DNA from: Ignavibacteriota bacterium
GTDB taxonomy: Bacteria; Bacteroidota; Ignavibacteria; Palsa-1295
Reading direction: 5' to 3'
Assembly: GCA_963787835.1 (NCBI GenBank)
Contig: CAWBEI010000002.1
Coordinates: 1,024,001-1,088,000 of the forward strand
Length of the DNA: 64,000 nucleotides
Positions 38,600 through 48,744 of this stretch are shown here, piece after piece. The notes under the pieces are model-generated. The model was given only the letters and a program-made list of their open reading frames with translations, did no database searches and had not been told where the DNA came from. The stretch's first letter is position 1; each line of letters starts with the position of its first letter. Both the position numbers and the translations under genes were made by a program.

Positions 38600-41210
38600 C
38601 CCCGATTCGAAGTAAGTTCCGTTCTTCTTTGCTTAGCCCGTAGATGTCAGCAATAATAATGTTAAGTTTTTTATCAAGTGCTTCTGCAATGGAACTCGCC
38701 GGCCTAGCCTTCAACCTTAGATCGACTAATTGTATAATTGCCGAAAATGCGTGGGGCGAAATCTTTGCTGGGTCTGGCACAGGAATGCTTTTTAGCCCCA
38801 TAGGTTCTAATTTTAAGTAACCGGCCCTGTATTTATGGAGATGTGTAGCCATGTACCAGTAGGAAACCGTCGAGTTCAAAATTGCAAGAAAATATTTCAA
38901 CATGTCGGAGTCACCTTCCCCAGCCTTAGGATAGAGTATAGGTGAATGAGAAGTAGCATATTTGCCTGAGGTATCAATACTGAACTTCGGCAGAAGCACT
39001 AGATGGGGTGAGACAAGTTTTGGGCGCATCATATTCTGTGGCAACCTTGGCCAAAGCGGCTGCCACCAAGGAATATTCTTGTTTTTTGCGCTCTTCCTAT
39101 CAGCTAGTGCCTTCCTGTTAGATTTCAGATAATCCCATGTTTTGGTATACTTCTTCAATTCAGACTCATTCAGCAATACACCATCCTTGAATGGATAAAA
39201 AACGTTTGTGTTGGTCTTTCGCGGCACTGTCCATCCCTGCATCGTTCTATCTGGCAAATAGGGAACAAATAGACTCTCTTCTCCTCGCGGGATGTCTTTG
39301 GTGTCCATTATAAAAATCTTGTCGGCCCCCGTAATAAATCCTTCTCGTATCACTAAAAAATCTTCAAGGCGTGGTAACCCGGACATTTTGAGATCAAGAG
39401 CAGATTCGGATGAAGAAAGCAAGTGCCATTCTTGTCTTTCAAAAGTCTTTTGATCTACTGCGTATACTTGAAAGAATGAATTTTCCTCTTCCTTTCCTTC
39501 AAGGATATTTTGTAATGCCTGACCAACTAAATCACCGCACTTAGCAATGATAGCTCTTTCGGGAAGCTGATGAGCATGCTTTCGCTGAAATATTAAGAGT
39601 ATGACGTAAGTTCCCAGATTTTCGAAGACTGGTATAGACGTCAAATCGACGATGCAAGTAATCCAGCAGCGCTCAACCAAATATTTGCGTAACGGTTCGG
39701 CGCTCTTGTTTAATAGGAAGTCATGTGGAATGACAAACAGTCCATAGCCTCCGGGTGATAATAGGTCAATCGCTGCCTTTAGAAAAGCCTGATATAGGTT
39801 TGTTCTTCCCTGAGACTCCTTTCCAAGGAATGACACGAGCCTCGCGCGCGCTTCTTCAGGCAAAGCATCGTCACGAATATATGGGGGATTGCTAATTATT
39901 ACATCCGTTGATCCTTCTTGGAGAGAAGAGAATGCTTCAAGAAGATCGGCATTCTTAATGTTGAGTGCATCTGGTAGCTGGTTTCTAAGAGTAAGGTGCA
40001 GCAATGCGAGGGACAGTCTTGCGGCTTCACATGCGCTCGGGTCTATATCTATCCCGGCCGTATTAGCAAAAGCAACTGAAACAATTTCAGTATTAAACCC
40101 AGTTTGTCCAGGATCACACTGTAATTCTAAAATAGTCCGCAAGAACATTCCCGAACCGCATGACGGATCAAGAACGCGCAACTTCCGATAAATAATTTGC
40201 GGGTATTTCGATTGCAGATATTTTGCAAAAAAGCGAGCTACATAGTGCGGAGTGTAGACATTCCCTTTTTCCCAATGCTCTTCAGGCGTAACGCCAAACA
40301 TGGCAAACTGTGCGGAGTCTGGTTCTCGAAGAAGCGAAATATAATGCTCATAAATTCTGCTTAGAGCATGTTTTGAAATCAGAGAAAAATCATATCTATA
40401 TGGAGCGAATCTATTACGATAGAAGTCCTTGAAAAGCGACTGAATCGTTTCAAAAGGTATTGAGTCAAACGGCTCCAGGTGACTCAAGTTCAACAAATAA
40501 CTTGGCAATTCTGGATGCCCCAATTGCGCGAGCTTTTGTTTGAAGAAGTTTCCCAGTCCTCCAGAGTGTTCCCCTGTAAGGAGAAGCGATGGTTGTCCAG
40601 GGTTCTGCGAGCTTATTCCTGCAAGTGCATTGTAGTGGTCCTCGAGCGCTCTTATAAAAATCACTGCATTGAAAAGTGTGGAGAGTTGGATATTAGTCAC
40701 ATTTGCTTCTGCGGCTAAACTTCTCTTCCAGAACGAGATTGTCCTTATTAGAGAGGCATCTAGGGCTGGGAAATTAGGACTTGGGCTCTTCCCGGTAATT
40801 TTGTCGAAAGATTCACCTCGAAGCAAATCGAGTCGATTGCGCGAGATTCGAAAAGTGTCGAATGCGTTGTAGGTGCTTCGTCGATTGAATACATAAGACA
40901 CCTCCTCCGGCTCAACATATATATGCCAGTCTACTAAGTTATTGTATGAAAGTGAAAGCAGCTCTGCCTTCTGCGAAGAAGCGAGTTCCGAATAACGGAT
41001 ATTTTGTGATAGGAACGTTATTACCGCGCTGTTCTCAAGTCCATGCTCAACAATAAGATGATAACTACCAAAATCTTCAATATTGATCTTAATAAGTGGA
41101 CCGCTGGGTTGCCATCCAAGCTCGTGTGAAAAATCATTCAATAGCCGCACAGCTTCGACATCCCCTGCGTTTCCGCTCGTTAGCCTCAGGATGATGTCAT
41201 ATTGATCCAT
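38565..41210 (-). CDS. Type IIG/Eco57I-like N6-adenine DNA methyltransferase with C-terminal TRD
   Basis: VYTP, VLDPSCGSGMFL (motif I), GIDID, ISNPPY (motif IV), VF...GTY, EGFITGAD, LAILNS. Confidence 0.92.
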   Translation of the reverse strand: MDQYDIILRLTSGNAGDVEAVRLLNDFSHELGWQPSGPLIKINIEDFGSYHLIVEHGLENSAVITFLSQNIRYSELASSQKAELLSLSYNNLVDWHIYVEPEEVSYVFNRRSTYNAFDTFRISRNRLDLLRGESFDKITGKSPSPNFPALDASLIRTISFWKRSLAAEANVTNIQLSTLFNAVIFIRALEDHYNALAGISSQNPGQPSLLLTGEHSGGLGNFFKQKLAQLGHPELPSYLLNLSHLEPFDSIPFETIQSLFKDFYRNRFAPYRYDFSLISKHALSRIYEHYISLLREPDSAQFAMFGVTPEEHWEKGNVYTPHYVARFFAKYLQSKYPQIIYRKLRVLDPSCGSGMFLRTILELQCDPGQTGFNTEIVSVAFANTAGIDIDPSACEAARLSLALLHLTLRNQLPDALNIKNADLLEAFSSLQEGSTDVIISNPPYIRDDALPEEARARLVSFLGKESQGRTNLYQAFLKAAIDLLSPGGYGLFVIPHDFLLNKSAEPLRKYLVERCWITCIVDLTSIPVFENLGTYVILLIFQRKHAHQLPERAIIAKCGDLVGQALQNILEGKEEENSFFQVYAVDQKTFERQEWHLLSSSESALDLKMSGLPRLEDFLVIREGFITGADKIFIMDTKDIPRGEESLFVPYLPDRTMQGWTVPRKTNTNVFYPFKDGVLLNESELKKYTKTWDYLKSNRKALADRKSAKNKNIPWWQPLWPRLPQNMMRPKLVSPHLVLLPKFSIDTSGKYATSHSPILYPKAGEGDSDMLKYFLAILNSTVSYWYMATHLHKYRAGYLKLEPMGLKSIPVPDPAKISPHAFSAIIQLVDLRLKARPASSIAEALDKKLNIIIADIYGLSKEERNLLRIGDDNEYYNIVGS

Positions 41211-41380
41211 AATTATGCAATTATACGGTACTTTGGATACAAAAACAAGCCTTCTTCCAAAATTGTTAGCAAGCTTTTTCGAATGTTCAAAGTTATTCCT
41301 GTCACCCCCTTCCGGTCAAGGGCAAATTCGTTTTTCATGGCAGGTACAATAATTGTCGTATATTAGAGCGTGATATTAAA

Positions 41381-41703
41381 GGCACCTATTTCTGAAAGAA
41401 CAAACAGTGCATAAGTTCATGAAAGAAACAGGTGAGTTCATTAAATGACAATTCAATTGATTACAACGGGCACCTATTCTTGGGGAAAGGATGAAGGATG
41501 GACCACGATTCACAGGTTTTTTGGGATTAGGGAAGGATGGGGAGTTCGTTGAAAATAGAGTTAAGCCATTAGGTTTCGGCATGAACGAGTTCTTCATGAA
41601 AGAAAATATGCCTTTCTTTTGGAACAAATGGCGAAATTAGCTCGGAAACGAAGGTGGATCGGGAACTCACAAGAAAAAGAAATGGCACCTATTTCAGAAT
41701 GAA
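41381..41703 (+). repeat. Dispersed direct repeats GGCACCTATT (three copies)
   Basis: Copies at 41381, 41469 and 41684; the outer two match at 18/20 (GGCACCTATTTCWGAAWGAA). Confidence 0.6.
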
Positions 41704-41706
41704 AGC

Positions 41707-42615
41707 ATGACCTATATCGGTATCGATGGCGGCGGTTCGACGACTCGGATGTTCGTCCAAAGTGACGACCATGAGCCGAGGTATATCGAATTTCCTGTTT
41801 CGCTGAAAGTGAAAAACGGAGATCATGCTTCATCGGCGAAAACGCTGCTGGAAATGATCGATGGTATGGGGGACAGTAGCGATCTAAGTATCGCGATCGG
41901 TCTTGCCGGCATGAGCCGCGAGGAAAATCAGGAAGCGCTGAAGAAAGCAATTACTGCTTTACCGGAATTTTCGGATGCTGCGGTTCATATAGAAGGCGAT
42001 GCTACGCTCGCGCTAAAAGCAGCACTTTCAGGTTCTGAGGAGGGGGTGCTTCTCATCGCCGGGACGGGGTCGGTGGCTTATGCGCAATCTGGCACCGGCA
42101 GCATGAACCGTGTTGGCGGCTGGGGCCCGGAAACCTCGGACGAAGGCAGCGGCTACTGGATCGGTCTGCGAGTGCTTCGGCATTATTTGCGAACGTTCAT
42201 TTCCGGAAACAAGAAGGATGAGTTTTTCAAGGCTGTGACCGAAGCGCTTCCGGAGCATGTTTCATCCCCCCGCGAAATAGCGAACCTGCTGGAACGCGAG
42301 CCGTTATTTCCGGCGAGCCTTGCATTAGTGGCGTTCGATAGTGCAGATCGGTCGGAAGGAGCAATGGCTATCATCCGGGAAGCAGCAGACCGATTAAGCG
42401 AAATGATCGTGGAGGTATCGGAAAAACTTTCCTATCCACGGCAAGTTTATCTCTCGGGCTCGGTCGCGAAACACGCGATCATGGTGGGAGAATTAACGAA
42501 ACGGCTGGATGCGGGGCGCTTTCATTTTATTCCGCTCGATGGGCTGGCTCCAGCCAGGAAAGCATTGGAAATGGCACGCTCGTTGCGGCAGAACCGGGAG
42601 ACGGAACGGGTATGA
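41707..42615 (+). CDS. BadF/BadG/BcrA/BcrD family ATPase (GlcNAc/MurNAc kinase-like)
   Basis: GIDGGGSTT, GLAG, LIAGTGS, RVGGWG...DEGSGYWIG. Confidence 0.9.
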   Translation: MTYIGIDGGGSTTRMFVQSDDHEPRYIEFPVSLKVKNGDHASSAKTLLEMIDGMGDSSDLSIAIGLAGMSREENQEALKKAITALPEFSDAAVHIEGDATLALKAALSGSEEGVLLIAGTGSVAYAQSGTGSMNRVGGWGPETSDEGSGYWIGLRVLRHYLRTFISGNKKDEFFKAVTEALPEHVSSPREIANLLEREPLFPASLALVAFDSADRSEGAMAIIREAADRLSEMIVEVSEKLSYPRQVYLSGSVAKHAIMVGELTKRLDAGRFHFIPLDGLAPARKALEMARSLRQNRETERV

Positions 42616-42750
42616 AGTTCCTCTCGTTTATCGGCGCGCTTAGAGCCGAAGAAGGCACAGGGTACCTCCACAAAGCAGTAAACCGGACATACGCGCTGGC
42701 TGAAAGCAAACCACACCCTATCCGATCAACTGTAGTTTTTTCTACGAATC

Positions 42751-43977
42751 ATGGCCGAATCGAAGATTTCTTCTACTCCAACCCTCTCCAAATCACAGAA
42801 TGGCCAGGCCAATGGTGCAGCCAGCAGCTCGATCCATTACTCCCCAAGTGAAGTGGGTGCCACCTCCGACCTTTTCCAACATATTGCTGAGCGAGATCAC
42901 GAGCAAGTGGTGCTATGCCACGATAAACGCTCGGGATTACGAGCCATCATTGCGATCCATAACACCACGCTTGGCCCGGCGCTTGGTGGTTGCCGCATGT
43001 GGACCTACGCCAGCGATTTCGATGCATTAACTGATGTACTTCGCCTTTCTCGCGGCATGACCTATAAGGCTGCCGTAGCAGGACTAAATTTAGGAGGCGG
43101 AAAGGCCGTCATTATTGGCAATCCTCGTCAGGATAAGAGTGAAGCTCTATTCCGAGCTTTCGGAAGATTTGTCGAAGGTCTTGGCGGGCGGTACATCACG
43201 GCGGAGGATGTTGGTACCGGATTGAACGAGATGGTTTGGATCCGCTCCGAGACGAAATATGTCACCGGTATTCCAGTGGAGCTTGGCGGTTCGGGCGATC
43301 CCTCGCCGGTTACGGCTTATGGTACGTATGTTGGTATCAAGGCCTGCGCAGCCGTAAAGTTTGGCAGCGATTCGCTCGCCGGAAAACATGTTGTTATTCA
43401 AGGCGCCGGAAACGTAGCGGCTTCCCTTGCAAAGTACCTCACCGATGATGGCGCAAAGGTTACTATCGCCGACATTTTTGCTGATAAGGCAAATGAAGTT
43501 GCAAAAGCGACGGGCGCGACCGTAGTTGATCCGGAAACGATCTACGGAATACCCTGCGATATATTTGCACCTTCGGCACTTGGCGCGATCCTGAACGATG
43601 CTACGATCCCACAGCTCAAGTGCGCCATCGTAGCTGGAGCTTCGAACAATCAGCTTGCCGATGAAGAGCGTCATTCTCTTGCTCTGAAGGAACGCGGTAT
43701 CCTGTTCGCACCGGACTATGTGATCAATGCCGGTGGCCTCATCAATGTAGCCAACGAACTCGATGGATATTCGCAGACTCGTGCAATGAAGCAAGCCGAA
43801 GGCATTTATGATTCGCTGAAGAAGATCCTCGTGTTAGCGCAGGAGAAGAATATTACGACGGTCGAAGCATCGAACCATGTAGCGGAAGAACGCATCGCGG
43901 CGATCGGCGCGACGAAGCGCATTTATGCTTCTTCTTCAAATTTCAGCGGCCGCTTCGGGGAGTATTGGAAGCGGTAG
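42751..43977 (+). CDS. Glu/Leu/Phe/Val dehydrogenase (leucine dehydrogenase-like)
   Basis: LGPALGGCR, GMTYK, GGGK, AEDVG, PDYVINAGG. Confidence 0.93.
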   Translation: MAESKISSTPTLSKSQNGQANGAASSSIHYSPSEVGATSDLFQHIAERDHEQVVLCHDKRSGLRAIIAIHNTTLGPALGGCRMWTYASDFDALTDVLRLSRGMTYKAAVAGLNLGGGKAVIIGNPRQDKSEALFRAFGRFVEGLGGRYITAEDVGTGLNEMVWIRSETKYVTGIPVELGGSGDPSPVTAYGTYVGIKACAAVKFGSDSLAGKHVVIQGAGNVAASLAKYLTDDGAKVTIADIFADKANEVAKATGATVVDPETIYGIPCDIFAPSALGAILNDATIPQLKCAIVAGASNNQLADEERHSLALKERGILFAPDYVINAGGLINVANELDGYSQTRAMKQAEGIYDSLKKILVLAQEKNITTVEASNHVAEERIAAIGATKRIYASSSNFSGRFGEYWKR

Positions 43978-43987
43978 TTCCCGGCAG

Positions 43988-44036
43988 CAAAAGCAAAGAG
44001 CGGGTCAAAACCCGCTCTATACCATTATTGCTTTTG
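43988..44036. terminator. Hairpin/bidirectional terminator between convergent genes
   Basis: agagcgggt caaa acccgctct, flanked by caaaagcaa / ttgcttttg. Confidence 0.7.
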
Positions 44037-44045
44037 AGGTTGCGT

Positions 44046-44420
44046 TTAGTCGCCGTGATGTTCGCTTTCGTGCTTTGCGATCTGTTCTTTTAATTTGGTC
44101 TGCTGCTCTGGCGTCAGGATGGGCAGAATTTGCGATTCAATTTGCTGCCTATCTGCTCGCATTTTTTGCTCGGCGGACTGTTGAGCTTCGGAGCCTCTTG
44201 CAGCGGATTTTACTGCTTCGTGATCGGCTTTCATGATTGGCGCATTTTGCTCGTAGATCGTTTTGATCTTTGCAACTTGTGCATCATTAAGACCGAGTTC
44301 GGATTTCATGTGTTCGATCCGCTTTTCGATCTTCTGATCGGGTGTGTCATTGGCCATCGAAGCGAGCGGTGCCATTGCAAGAACGGCCGCTGCTACGAGT
44401 ATGATCGTTAGTTTTTTCAT
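44046..44420 (-). CDS. Periplasmic Spy/CpxP-like (LTxxQ) protein
   Basis: Signal peptide; LGLNDAQ and ILTPEQ motifs. Confidence 0.75.
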   Translation of the reverse strand: MKKLTIILVAAAVLAMAPLASMANDTPDQKIEKRIEHMKSELGLNDAQVAKIKTIYEQNAPIMKADHEAVKSAARGSEAQQSAEQKMRADRQQIESQILPILTPEQQTKLKEQIAKHESEHHGD

Positions 44421-44592
44421 ATTGTTCCTTTATGTTTGTTATTGATAGTTAGTGCTATACTCCTACTGTAATTCAAATAAGATTGTTACCATGAAAGGAA
44501 TTTATTATTGTTCATGCTAAAAACTCAGATTTCACAACGCATCAACCGGAGCGAAGCAAAAGCTTCCCTGCGGTTAATGGAACCAAATAAGT

Positions 44593-47337
44593 TTAGGCAG
44601 TCGGAGGAAGGATCTCTACTTCAGGCCGTTTTTTCCGTTTAGAGTAAGAAAAGCCCATAATGCCAATCCCAAATGCAATAAGTGCCAGCGCATTGGTCGT
44701 TAGGGAGATGGTGCGTCCCATGGCATAATGGGGATCATAGTAGGAAAGCTTGATCTCATGAGTTCCTGCGGGGGTAACAAAAGCCCGGAAGGCATAATCC
44801 GCGCGATAGATCGGTGTTGGTTTGCCATCGACGGTTGCTGTCCAATCGGGATACCAGGCGTCGGACATAAAGATGAGGCGGTTTCCATTCGTTTTGGAGT
44901 GGAGCGTAACGTCCTCATCCTTGTATTCCATCGTTAATGTTTCTGTCGCAGAATCTAAAGGTGCCGTTGATAGTGCAGGCATTCCTTTTGGAGCCTCATC
45001 GAAATAGACGACATCCAACGGATTGAACGAGCCATCATGCATTGCATGAAGAATATCAAGTTTGGGTTTTACCTCATATCGATATGCGAAGAAAGAGCGA
45101 GAGAGAACCTGTGGATTTTCCCAAACAATGTCGGGCACACCTGGTTTTCCATCGGTGGATGCGGGAACGGGCTCCTTCGATTGGAACCGCGGAATGAATC
45201 GTGTTCGGTCTTCCGAAAGACCGCCGTTCGCAATAATATACTTTGTATTCAACAGATTGAACATGAATGGATTGAAGATCCCATTGCCCTGCATGTTGCC
45301 GGTTTCATCAACCACATCCTGGAACTCGCGCATTTTTGCGGCATGGTAACCGCCGGCAGTTTGGATGCCATAGCTCACAAGATTATTCGAAGGCTGTTGT
45401 TCGGTCAGGTCCGTTACGCGGTACAGCGATTTATCTTGCTGAATAAATTGCAGGTAATCGTGCGGCTGGAAATTGCTGGCATAATCATCCTTTGTTTCGA
45501 TCTGCATGGGGCGCGTATCGACACGCCACTGATCGATTACCGTAAGCGCCAATATGCCCACAGCCATAATAAGCGGCGAAAGTTTGCGCTTCAGGAAAAA
45601 ATAAACGAGCAAACTTGCTGCCGTCACAAGCAACGCACCGATGAGTGCATCGTTCGCGGCGGTAGAAGAAATAAAGTCCTTGAGGACATCATATTGCTGA
45701 GGAAGTTTTCCGTGCTGAATAGCAGTTTGGATCCCGCTTGTAACAGAGGAAGTTATCACTCCGCGGAATATAACGGATATTACAAGAAATGCGCCCGAAA
45801 CATAGAGTGCATATTTAAAATACTTTTGGAGTCGAGAATCCTCGGCGTTATCCCTTAATTTCCAGGTTCGCAAAATTTCTTCGAGTGTCAGTGCAGCAAG
45901 AATTGGAAACGCAAGCTGCATCAGGACGAGCGCCATCATCGGAGCTCGAAATTTATTGAAGAGCGGGAAATAATTGAACATGGGCCGGAACAAGATGGGC
46001 CAGTTACCACCAAAGGACAGCAGAATTGCAAAGATGGTAATGATGGTAAGTGGCGGCACAAGCCGGTCTCGCTTCCAAAGGGTGAAGATGGCTACAATGG
46101 CGAGCATGAATACAACGATGCCGGTGTAGTTTGCGGCATCCGTACCATTCATTTGTCCCCAATAGGTTGAAAGGCGATAGCCTTCCGGAACATTCAGATC
46201 GCTGCCGGTATAGGGCATTTTACCAAATCCGTAATAGCCGGGAATGATGAACGTAATAATTTCCTGAGGCGAGAAGGACCAGGATGTTGCGTAATTCCAA
46301 TCGAGTCCACCGGATTCCGTCGTTGCTTCATTCACGGATCGTTTATTTTGTGATGCTTCATTTTGAACGTCCTGGATCGGCGCTTTGCCTCGAATGGAAT
46401 AGGGCTCGTATGCAAGCGAGGAAAGATACCGGTCTGCGGACATTGAGAATGCGAGGCCGGCCATCAGGAGTGTAAGCACTCCCGAGCGAACAAGCGGCAT
46501 AAGCTGATGCGAGCGTGGATGCTCGGACTTCCTCATAAATTCCACGACGAGCGAGGTGAGGAAATAGATGAGGATGGCGCATGCAATGTAGAAGATCATT
46601 TGCATGTGGATCGATTCAAGCAGGATATGGATCGAGGTAGCAAGCACGGCGCACCAAAAGATGATGGACTTCCATTCCATTCGCTGGGCGCGCAGCCGCT
46701 CGATGCCCATAAGGATATAAGGGAAGGTCATCACGGCATAGATCTTTGTATTATGCCCGATCATGATGTAGGTTATGATCCACGTAGAAAAGATCGCAGT
46801 GAACGCCGCAAAGAGCGCGACCATCCGGGAAGTATTTCGCGTCACGCGCAAGAGAAGATACATTCCCAACCCAAAAATAAAGTAATGCCAGATGTGAACC
46901 ATAGCGTCACCGTTTGGCGAGATATTCGCGATCGTGTCCTGAACGACGGTGAAGATCTGATGTAGCAGATCGTACGTGCGAGAGCCCGTTACCACGAGCG
47001 CGGAGAAGGCCGGCATTCCTGTAAAGATATTTGGGATCCATTGCGGCATCGAGTAACCCTCCGCTTGCGCCGAGGCGATGAACGGGCGAAGCGCGTCGAA
47101 TGCTACATTATCTCCCGCACTAAAGACATGCGTGGAATCGAGGACAGGCCAGAAAAAGACGATAAGTGAAAGAAAGATAAAAAGGACGGCAACGGCATCG
47201 CGCCATTTTTCGGGAATAAAATGGGCCAGCGAACGCGAGGCAACATCCTGTTCGCGTTGCATTGCGCCGATATGCGTTTGTTTGTTCTTTGATTGTGACG
47301 GCTTTGCCGTAGTAGAAACCTTTGTTTGTGTAGCCAT
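44593..47337 (-). CDS. YfhO-family membrane protein (GT-C-like)
   Basis: WIPNIFTGMP, FNKFRAP, GGYHAAK, WYPDWTATVDG...IYRADYAFRA. Confidence 0.88.
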   Translation of the reverse strand: MATQTKVSTTAKPSQSKNKQTHIGAMQREQDVASRSLAHFIPEKWRDAVAVLFIFLSLIVFFWPVLDSTHVFSAGDNVAFDALRPFIASAQAEGYSMPQWIPNIFTGMPAFSALVVTGSRTYDLLHQIFTVVQDTIANISPNGDAMVHIWHYFIFGLGMYLLLRVTRNTSRMVALFAAFTAIFSTWIITYIMIGHNTKIYAVMTFPYILMGIERLRAQRMEWKSIIFWCAVLATSIHILLESIHMQMIFYIACAILIYFLTSLVVEFMRKSEHPRSHQLMPLVRSGVLTLLMAGLAFSMSADRYLSSLAYEPYSIRGKAPIQDVQNEASQNKRSVNEATTESGGLDWNYATSWSFSPQEIITFIIPGYYGFGKMPYTGSDLNVPEGYRLSTYWGQMNGTDAANYTGIVVFMLAIVAIFTLWKRDRLVPPLTIITIFAILLSFGGNWPILFRPMFNYFPLFNKFRAPMMALVLMQLAFPILAALTLEEILRTWKLRDNAEDSRLQKYFKYALYVSGAFLVISVIFRGVITSSVTSGIQTAIQHGKLPQQYDVLKDFISSTAANDALIGALLVTAASLLVYFFLKRKLSPLIMAVGILALTVIDQWRVDTRPMQIETKDDYASNFQPHDYLQFIQQDKSLYRVTDLTEQQPSNNLVSYGIQTAGGYHAAKMREFQDVVDETGNMQGNGIFNPFMFNLLNTKYIIANGGLSEDRTRFIPRFQSKEPVPASTDGKPGVPDIVWENPQVLSRSFFAYRYEVKPKLDILHAMHDGSFNPLDVVYFDEAPKGMPALSTAPLDSATETLTMEYKDEDVTLHSKTNGNRLIFMSDAWYPDWTATVDGKPTPIYRADYAFRAFVTPAGTHEIKLSYYDPHYAMGRTISLTTNALALIAFGIGIMGFSYSKRKKRPEVEILPPTA

Positions 47338-47528
47338 AGAAAAATAGGCGGAAAATATCGAATGTTTGTTAACGGATGCCGTGCCACGGGCGTTCTCACA
47401 CAGGCAGGTGTAATGCGGCTTTTTCCTAAAACTTACTTGTTCTAATAATCATCAACCACCGTTTCAGTTACAAACTGTTATCTTGACTTCTGAGAGAACA
47501 TGCCGATATTAGCCGTAATTTTGATACA

Positions 47529-47960
47529 ATGAGATTCTACTTACCCCTGATTTTTCTGATGTTCCTTGTTGGCTGTGCATCCGAAACGTTTACCGTTACA
47601 TTATTTCGGACCAAGGGTGTTTCCGGAATTTCAGAGCGGTATTCCATTGATCAGGATAACCACGGGATCAGGTCGATCGCGCTTGGCGATGACTCGGATG
47701 CCAAACGCTCGAGCTATACGATTGATGGGCAGCTTACATCAAGGGTACATACGCTCGCGGTCGATAGCCTCGTTTCACTCTCTGCAATCAAAATGCGCGA
47801 CACCAGCGAACTGACGACGGGACTTCTGATAGACGCTCGCAACGCTCACGTAGAAATTTCATGGGCAAACATCGATCCGCCCGATAGTGCATCCCCCTTG
47901 CTCGATAGTCTGTATCGAACCATGCTTCTCGTTGAAGCTAAAATGATCCCACCACGATGA
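47529..47960 (+). CDS. Hypothetical lipoprotein
   Basis: Lipobox LVGC; ATGA overlap with mlaE. Confidence 0.7.
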   Translation: MRFYLPLIFLMFLVGCASETFTVTLFRTKGVSGISERYSIDQDNHGIRSIALGDDSDAKRSSYTIDGQLTSRVHTLAVDSLVSLSAIKMRDTSELTTGLLIDARNAHVEISWANIDPPDSASPLLDSLYRTMLLVEAKMIPPR

Positions 47961-48736
47961 CGATCTTTCTAAAGGTACTCATTCGGTTTGGTCGGATCGC
48001 ACGCCGCTTTCTGTCGGAGGTGGGCGCGTTTTCATCGCTGGCTGGTCAGTCCCTAAGGTATGTCAGTTCGATCCCGAAAGACCGGCGTCTGATCTTAGAC
48101 CAAATGGAGCATATCGGTACTAATTCATTGCCATTGGTAGCAATCATAGGATTTTTTACGGGCATGGTAAGTGCCTGGCAGGCAGCGTACCAATTCAAGG
48201 GACTTATTTCCAATACGTTTCTTGGAGCAGCTGTGAGCCGTGCGATCTTTCTTGAACTCGGTCCCGTACTAACAGCTATAGTTATTGCGGGCCGCGTGGG
48301 GGCGTCGATCGCGGCGGAACTTGGCACCATGAAAGTAACAGAACAGATCGATGCACTCGAAAGCCTTGCAATAAGCCCGGTTCGTTATCTGGCGCTGCCT
48401 CGGTTGCTTGCTGCCACGATCATGATGCCGATACTTGTTGTGTTTGCGAATGCCATTGCGCTTGCCGGCGCATTTCTCGTTAGCAATTTTTTCCTGGGAA
48501 TTACCAGCAGAACGTTCTTCGATTCCGTACAGCAATACTTCCAGGTGAAGGATTTACTGGGCGGACTCTTCAAAGCACTCTTCTTCGGTTCGTTCACAGC
48601 GTTGATCGGGGTGAAAGTTGGCTTCAGTGCGGATGGTGGTGCCGAAGGCGTAGGGAAGGCGACGATCCGCGCGTTCGTTCTCTCGAGTACGATGGTGCTC
48701 ATCTTAGATTACACGCTTTGGACCATCCTTTTCTAA
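47957..48736 (+). CDS. mlaE: MlaE-family ABC permease
   Basis: ELGPVLTA...AGRVG, AELGTMKVTEQIDAL, GGAEGVG. Confidence 0.93.
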   Translation: MTIFLKVLIRFGRIARRFLSEVGAFSSLAGQSLRYVSSIPKDRRLILDQMEHIGTNSLPLVAIIGFFTGMVSAWQAAYQFKGLISNTFLGAAVSRAIFLELGPVLTAIVIAGRVGASIAAELGTMKVTEQIDALESLAISPVRYLALPRLLAATIMMPILVVFANAIALAGAFLVSNFFLGITSRTFFDSVQQYFQVKDLLGGLFKALFFGSFTALIGVKVGFSADGGAEGVGKATIRAFVLSSTMVLILDYTLWTILF

Positions 48737-48744
48737 CATAAAGA

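Noticed and set aside
41381-41703. Mini CRISPR array
   Set aside because: Repeats are short, spacing is irregular (88 and 215 bp) and there are no cas genes.
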